Assembly (NCBI GenBank): GCA_030167865.1
Contig: JALAGF010004545.1
Coordinates: 62,001-117,499, forward strand
Length of the DNA stretch: 55,499 bases
Source: Craspedostauros australis
Lineage: Eukaryota
Direction of reading: 5' to 3'
Positions 47,731 to 55,499 of this stretch are shown here, piece by piece (within the stretch, counting starts at the first letter, position 1; every line of letters begins with the position of its first letter). A model generated the notes under the pieces. That model was not told where the DNA came from and made no database searches. It saw only the letters and a list, made by a program, of their open reading frames with translations. A program made the position numbers and the translations under genes.

Positions 47731-48376
47731 CGATCACGATTGCATTTGCGATGCCTGTTGTGACCCGCAAGAGGTAACAACAACATGTGGGGAATGAACA
47801 CCAATGAAGGCATCTGTCTGAAGGGGAGGCGCTTTCGCATTCCTGGCGAATTGCGGCAAAGCCTTCTTCAACTATGTGTTTTGCACTTTGGTTCGTCATG
47901 GACGAACTCAATATTGACAAAAATGTCACTGGCCCACTTATACGACCATCAGACTTTCATAGGTCATAATGACAAAAACTCATGTTTTGGGAGTTGAGTT
48001 AATTACGCAATTCAACGAAATCGACAAAACTAACGTCGGAGTCATCCATTCTAGTCATGTATATGAAGAGGAAACAGAAAAGCAAGGAGCGATACTACGA
48101 ACAAGTGCAGAGCATTCGCTGCGAACAGATGGGTACTACGAATCAGGAGTAGAAACAAACGACAGGCGGAGAGCGTCGCCCAACTCGAGATATTCTATCA
48201 CACTCGTCTGACATGTTATGACAGAAGAGTTTTGCAACTACGAGTGTGTGCTCTAGCGATAGGCTGTTGCTGCTGCTGCATTGCTGTTGCTGCATTGCTC
48301 ATGTTGTTTTGTTGGCGCCATTTAAACCCTCATCCTGACGTGTGAAAGTACGTCGCCATACCTTTCCCGCAATCTT

Positions 48377-51300
48377 TCATGGTCCTTTCTCCCGCTCCCT
48401 TGGAAGGAAATGGCCATGGAATTTGTCGCCGTAGTCGAAGAAGAGCTGTGCAATCCAATGCAAACATGGAAGCAAGGCGAGTATTCGTTGGCAGTGCGCC
48501 ATAACAGAGCATTGCGTGAGTGAGTGAGAGGAGACCAAGAAATGCAGAGAATACTTGCGGATGGCAGATAGAGGAACAAGGGGACGAGGACGAGAAGGAA
48601 GATGCGCAGGTGGGACATTCGAGCATCTATTGCTCTTCCCGCAGCACGAATAGCCGAAAAACAAATGGAACGAATGCATTGCGCCAGACAAACAACGGAA
48701 TGAGCTCACCTCCTCTTGCTTCTTGATGTTCCGATTGGCGTACAGCGCGATCTTGGGATCCCCTTGCACGAACCATGTATCGGGTTGAACATTGTAGGTC
48801 TGGCCATCGTGATTGATCCACCGCGCCATGTTCCCCATGCGGAACGCGTCAATCACCATGTCCGACGTCAAGTCGAAGATGTAGCTGTTGTTGATCTCGT
48901 CATACACTTTGTTGCCAAGATCATCGGCCTTGTTCTGGCTGAGGAGCTCGCCCTTGTACTGCGCACGGGTCGAAGTGCGGGGCGTGTCGAAGAAGGCAGA
49001 ACGGGTTGTACGAGTGGTATCCAGTTCCAATATGTTGCGTGCACAAAGATGTGATGTCGATATCGAGGGATGGATGGGTGGGCGGAGCGGAGCGGTCGAT
49101 AGGTTGAAAGATGGATAGAGAGGTGATTGTGAGAAGATACGCTTCGAGAGATGCGATAATGTCCCTCATGATCTGCGGGAAAATGAGAACATATGATACA
49201 CATTGATTGAGAGGCGACCGCATCACTGAAGGTTTTTCACTGATGCGCCATCGATATCGCAGCTTCTGCAGAACCTACCGAATCGACAAACTGTCCACGC
49301 CGTATGGTCTCCATGGCGAAGCATCCAAAATTGGCCCCAGGAACATCCGATTCACCCTTGCTGAGAAGTGGATGCCTCCTCATCGTGATGTTGTCATTTC
49401 GGCATTGCTGCGTCATGATCGGGCGCCCCGCACGCTCTGAACACGCCCCGCACGCCCTGCAGAGGTTGGGATCGCATTCTCGTTTCGCGGCGAAGCATGG
49501 ACATTGATTGTTGTCGCACCTTGCGTTGCAGGTGCATCCTCTGAAGAAGTTGGGACTGAACTCGGCGAAGCAGCATCGTCTGGTGCAGAAGAAACCATTT
49601 TGCATGCATGTGCAATTTTCCAGAGTGCAAAGTCCGCTCTCCACGTGGTTGCAAGGGAATGGATGTGGCCGTTGGCCGATTTCCTGGCAGTACTTCGCCA
49701 TGTTGCAGTGGTAGTGATTCTTCCTGTTCTTCTTCTTGGACTTCGTCTCCTTGGGATGCTCCAGCGTGTACTGTACCTCTGGCAGCGGCAGGAACTTGAT
49801 CCGCTGCTCGATGATGCTCAATGGTATCCTAGTCGCTTCGGCTATCTTCGCCAGGTTTCCATCGAACAGATACCACAGCGATTGGCACGTCGTGATTTGT
49901 TCTTCTGTCAACGTCTGATCTCGTGGGAACGACGCCGCCGTTTTGTTGCGGGGCTGCAGCGAACTTTGGGAATTGTTGCAATCAGAAGTTTCCGATGCTG
50001 CGTTCCCGATGGCCATCGTCCTGGCGGGGGCGGGAGTAGTGGCAAGCATAGAAGGGACAATCGAAGTGGCGCCAACAACGCTTGCAGCGGTCGCCGTAAC
50101 AACGTTCATGCCTCCCGCTTCGCTTTCCTGAGAGTCAAGTTGTCAAGTATATCACATGTCGAGATGTATCGAGCCACCCCATGACACACCAATGTATTAC
50201 CGGCACGCAATGCAAGATATGACGTGACATGGCAAGGCGAGACAAGACAAGAGAGAAAAATAACAACAGTAGAGAAATGTGGGGATGCCTTTGAGATGAT
50301 GGAGAAACGAACGTGTCGAGTCATATTCAGGTGCCATATTGTGCTGTTTCTGTTGCCATGCATGGCATGGTATGAAACGACACTCACATTTGCATTCATA
50401 TTTGCATTCGCATCTGGATTGGTACGTACCCTGATTTCGTGCCGCTTCTTCGCCAGATGCATCTGATGGATCGGGTCGCTTTCTGGTAAAATGCCATGCT
50501 GGGAACAGCAATACTCAAGGCAGATCGGGCAAAACAGCCGAAAGCTACTCATCGTGTCCTCGTAAATCTCGGCGTAGGACGCTTTGTTCAGCTGATGCCT
50601 GATGCCGCCATCGGCCGTTAATTGCGCTTGGTTTCGATTTTGCCGTTGCCTTTGCCGCCGCTCCCGTAATCTGCACCGCCTTCGCTCCTCGAAATGATCC
50701 GACACCATCTGTTGGACGTAGGAGACCTTGGCCTGCATCAAGAATGCCAAGTAGCGCACGATGCATTCCTGCTTTTGCTGCCAAGTTAGGATCATGTCAC
50801 CGCGATCCAGATGGAGCTCGTCATCTTGCAGCATGAGGTGGTACTCAGATGACATGTGGTTCGCTGCGACCAATGCCTTGGAGACCTTCTCCATCTCCTC
50901 CAGCCGCTCGTAGTAGTACTCCCACGTGTCCATTCGCTCTCTGATGGCGTTCGGCACGTGGAACTGGCCCACTTTCTCATGGAACAGCGCCTCCCTTGGC
51001 GACCTTGCCTGTGGCTTCTCTCCATTGCGTCTGTGTCCGTTTGTTCTCTTGCGCTTCCGATTCCGCTTCCGATACGCAGCTGTGGCTTGGCTTGGATTGT
51101 GCCAACCTGCACGACTGTTCGGGAACCCATCCCGGTTCTGCGTCATGCCCAACCTGCGGATACTCTCGCCGTCGGAGCGATCCCCACCGCGACGAACTAA
51201 CAGTTCTGAACTGCCAATGGAATCGTGGGTTTCTGACGACGACGTCGACGAGCTGTCATCTTCTTCGCTTGTCGTTGCGTAAAGTGGATCATCGATGAAG

Positions 51301-52529
51301 CCACGCTTTCCGTAGCTGCCGATGCCCAGCCGCGCATTCAAGGAATCCTCGTAGCAACGGATGAGCTGCAGGTAGTCATCATCATCAGGCTCCTCGATGT
51401 CACCAAACTCAACAAGCCACCGATCAACGGAATCCTTGAGGTACAGCGCTGCCGACTTGACCTGCCCCGTATTGCATGCGGCCATCTCCAATGTCGTCCG
51501 TGGCAGATAGCCAGCCAGCTTTCCGCGGCACGGTCCACTCTTGGCCGACGGGAGTTTTCCGTCCGCTCTGTCTTGCCGGATTGCCGTCACTATCGTCTCG
51601 ACGAATGCACGGATCTGCCGCATTCTCTTCGAATCCTCTAGAATATCGATCTCAACAGAAGCCACGATTCTGAACGATGGGGATGCTGGCGCAGCAGCAG
51701 CAGAAGTAGTGGCGGCAGCGGCAGGAGACGATGATGACGATGACGTTGATAATGCTGACGGCGGTGAAGGGCGTGAAGATTCTCGCTTTGAATCATACTC
51801 GTCAGCGTGCAGACCCGACGTGGTGGAAAGGCTAGTCGAATCGCTAAGAGTGCTGGAGGAGGAGCCGCGCCTTGTATCGCCGTTTGCATTGCTTTCGTTC
51901 GCGTTGGTTCCATCGCGTTCGGGAGCATCGCCGAGGCTGTCAAGATCGCTTTTCGTCAAGTCGATTTCGTCTACACCGACCTGGTCCGGCACATCGCTGC
52001 TCATGCTCATGCTGGACTCGTCGGTTGTGTCAACACTGCCATAGTTACGTGGAGGAGCAGGAGCTGGGTCATGGGGAACATTGCGGCGGTGTATTCGTTT
52101 GCCTGCATGAACCAAATCCTTCCTTCTTTTCTTCAGAATTCTTTTCCAGCTTTGTGAGCTCGAGCTGCATAGATCTCCTCCATCATCCACTGATGATGAA
52201 TCCGGTGATTCCATGGCGGCCGATGCCGTTGCCGCTGCAGAAGCTCGACCCGCCGACGATCGGCGTCTTCCGTTCGATCTGGGTCTCTTCTCTCCGTTTG
52301 CACCGGGCCTTCGGGATTCAACACCGTCACCAGGAACGCCGCTGCTGCTGCCGCTGGAACCAAGGTCATCGGAGCTGGTGGATTCATCTTGCGAGGCCGC
52401 GCCGCTGCCTGCACCCCCATAGCGCAGCAAAGTGGCCGTCTGGTGCAATGGCAAGTACGAGTTGCGCCCAATGCGATTCGCATCGTCGCCGTGACCCACC
52501 GTCCTCTTCTTGCGTGTCTTCCTGTCCAT
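48377..52529 (-). CDS. E(z): Enhancer-of-zeste-like histone H3K27 methyltransferase (PRC2 catalytic subunit), ~1088 aa; exons 52529-50430, 50127-49279, 48958-48710, 48445-48377
   Basis: LFCPICLEYCCSQH (MCSS-like); CXC domain PCNH...C.C..NGFFCTRRC...FRGCTC...CPCFAAKRECDPNLC; SET motifs FGCF, YKGELLSQ, SYIFDL...IDAFRMGNMARWINH, EELFFDY. Three phase-0 GT-AG introns (50128-50429, 48959-49278, 48446-48709) give a continuous frame. Confidence 0.9.
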
Positions 52530-55499
52530 GGTTGCGCAGAGGTAGGGCGCCTGGTATCATATCTTCTTGAGCAAGAACTTGTGCGTGGAAATGGTGGTTG
52601 CTTGATTGGATGGTTCTGTGGTTGTCACGTTCGGTGTTTTGTGATGTTCTCGGATCGGGTGATTGTGCCTGTCCTCGGAACAGCCTTTTGCCACCGACCG
52701 ATCGTCGTTTGTGACCTTTTGTGGTTTGTGATCCACACACGACCAGCGCGCAATTGTACCGTTGCGGATTTCGAATTTTGGACACCACCAAAGGTGCATC
52801 GTTGACCCGGACCGATGGAGGTTGGGCCTTACTTCTGATGAACAAAATTCCAATCACGCTTTGTCAGTCGTGTTAATAGGCTCATGTATGTATGTCTACA
52901 TTGACATGAATGTATGTTTGTGTGTATTTATGATTGTATGTGTGTTGATGTCTGTTTGTGTGGAAAATTCAAGTGTGTCCTTTATGATCATTGTTTCGTG
53001 TTGTGGTATCAACGAAGGTGTACAATTGATAGTGTATCCGCCTGTGGTATTCGATTATGGCATGAGAGCGGATGTTACTCGGTCGCAAGTGGCTCTCTCT
53101 CTCTCTGGGGAGTAGAGGAGAGTAATCCGCTCGGCCGCACCACGTCGCCATGGTGCTTCACCACACCACACTCGACTCTTTCTACGAATCAGAAGCAGGC
53201 AGAGCATCCAACTCGTACCAATCCCGAGAGTGCCCCTTCAGTGTCGTGTCGGCGTCCAATCCAGTGCCGACGACCAATGGCGTATTACTCGGAATGCAAT
53301 ACTGAAGGCTCCTCGGCTAACCGAGACGTTCAATCTCCGAGCACCATACCACATAATACAGCACGAGTACATACGGATGCCGCCGGCGATGTTTGCGCTT
53401 GGAACCGCATCCGATTGCTCTTGCGATGAAACTGGCGGTCCCAGGTTGTGCAGTGATGGACATCTTCGGTTGGGATACGGCACGGTGCTACTGGCCCTCC
53501 GTATTGTGTTGTATTCTATTAGACTATTCACGCAAAAGAACAACCGCAAGGGAGCCACGGGTCCTCCCAAGGGGCCAAGCCCAGAGAAGTCAACTTTCTG
53601 CATGTGCAGCCCCCCATCGACATTCTGCACATCACGAATAGAATAAAGGAGTTGAATCGTCGATCTGTGGTCCTGACACAGCGAAGGAACAAGATGTAAT
53701 GCTTGGACCAAGTCGTAGCGCCATTTCCATAAGTGTTGTGAAGGGTTCTGCCAGACTTTGCTGCCTTCACTGACTGAAAAATGTGGCGCCGTTGTGTTGG
53801 GATCAACACTTTCATACATATATACATATCGGTTGCTTGGTTGTGTTGCTGCGCGAACGCGCTTCAATTTGTGAGGAGAAGGACCATGCCGCTGCCACAC
53901 GACCACGACCACGAGTGTGCTGCTTGTCATGTTCGCGAGGTGTTGAGCATTGTTGGTCCCTCGGATGCTCTTTCTGGGATTCGTCACAACCACCACACGG
54001 CGATTCGACAACTTCACACGTATGTAGTCGTGGAGCGCGAAGACAGGCGGATAAGTGTGGGAGACGACATTCTTTGTCTGATCGTCACTCCTTGAACGGA
54101 CGTCCATCCCTGGACAAAATACAAGTAAGATGGGCACCGGCAGGGTATCTGTGCACGGATGCGATCCAGAAATGATCTTGTGGTTCCATCATGCATTCGA
54201 GGTTGGATCTGCGAGAGGATCCACAAAGAGAAGCCAACCCCGTTTGTCGAAATGTGGGCGATCGTTCGTTGGAAATGCCTCTCTCTTGTGTCCCAGGGTT
54301 CGTTCTGGGTGGCGCGGTGCGGCCTTCGGTGTGGTCGCGAAATGAGCGCTGTGTGGCGCATGAATCACGATCATAATGAAGCATTCATGACCCAGGGTAT
54401 CTGTGTGGTGTTTCGTGGTTCGGCCTTTTGTGTTTGTTTTTGCCTTGGCGCGGACTGGGCAGAAAGGTCCAACAAGCACCTTCACAGCGCTCAACCCAAC
54501 GCGTCCAAGCCAAGAAGGCAACGATGTCGCCACCAATAGCGCCAACAGCACCAACAGCGCCAACAGCATAAAAAACACGATTCTGGAATCTCTAGTAAGC
54601 CATCGCCCTCTTTCGTCGCCGGCGCTTTTGTGAGTATTGTCGACATGTGCCGATCTGCTCCTGTTGGATCAGTTTGAGGGTCGAGAGCATTCAGCAAGAG
54701 AGTTCCTTGCGCTGACGGGCATGCCATACGTACCATGCTATAGAAATATGCAGGGGGTGTACAATATTGTAAAATGCATATGATCAAAACATGGCATCGC
54801 ATTCTAGATATTGTATGGTGATGAGCTCTGTGTATGAGCAATATATACGCGCACATGTGTATACTCTATTATGTTCTATTGGAGCAGGAGCAATCGTACG
54901 GCGTGGCAGAGGACCGGAATGCTGCCACTCGCCTCTTGTGGCTGCTTCTGCCGTCTGCTCTCGAGCTTGCGGGCAGATCCGCATGAACATGGACGAGTGT
55001 GCCTGTCCTTGTTTGTTCGTGTGCGTTGTCGAGCACTCTCCAAGCATAATGATGACACCGGAAGATGTGTCCATTGGCTCATTCGCTCGTTTGCATGCTT
55101 GTCTGGTTGTCCACTTGGCTACTACCAAGAATTATTGTGCTCGTATGTATTCCTCCGTTCCGAAATGATTGCAACTTATCGTTTTTGTCATCGGTTCGAC
55201 GCCGTGTCGTAGTGGCCGACTTTGGGAGCTGCGGGAGACCCTTTTCCCAGTCGCCTCCCACCCTGACCTGACGCATCCTTGTTGACCTTTGGTACCCATC
55301 GTAGTATCGTCAATAGTTGATATACTAGTGTATGTAGGTACCAATTAAACCGTGCCATACAAACAGAGGACAGCATCTCCACATTTAGACTGCTTGTCCA
55401 GCGCCATGCCTCCGCGTTTCTGTCATTGAAACACTGTGCAAGAGTTGGTTTGTGTGCTTTCACTTGTCCGATTGGTTGGACGGTTAATTCTTATCGTGA

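Noticed and set aside
50106-50429. Hydrophobic C-terminal end of ORF 50106..52529
   Set aside because: Intron 1 of the E(z) gene read in frame.
27233-52529. Functional linkage between the transposon and E(z) as a silencing 'system'
   Set aside because: They are 16 kb apart with unrelated genes between; proximity alone is not evidence in a eukaryotic genome.
53238-54578. 299-aa and 129-aa minus-strand ORFs, the latter with a signal-peptide-like start
   Set aside because: No recognisable motifs; the hydrophobic start derives from a 9/18-bp CCAACAGCA/G repeat at ~54531-54568.

Overview
Eukaryotic nuclear DNA, most likely from a raphid pennate diatom. That is an inference from GT-AG introns of 210-347 bp, a bipartite plastid-targeting-like presequence, a choice-of-anchor-A secreted protein and diatom-type domains. 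Well-supported genes are: a 5'-truncated giant USP9/24/34-like deubiquitinase, a small plastid-targeted membrane protein, a low-complexity coiled-coil protein, a secreted choice-of-anchor-A (trailin-like) protein, a stand-alone BRCT protein, three orphan single-pass membrane proteins, tRNA-Arg(TCG), a CRAL-TRIO protein, a 3-exon His-brace LPMO-like protein with a GPI-like tail, a STAND-type P-loop ATPase and a 4-exon E(z)-like H3K27 methyltransferase. The most striking non-genic structure is a 4,774-bp cut-and-paste DNA transposon (27233-32006). It has 146-bp terminal inverted repeats, a decayed Sola3-like DDD transposase, atypical ends (no clean TSD, an abutting perfect hairpin) and a C-to-T decay signature. 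All family calls come from motif recognition by eye; no database searches were run.
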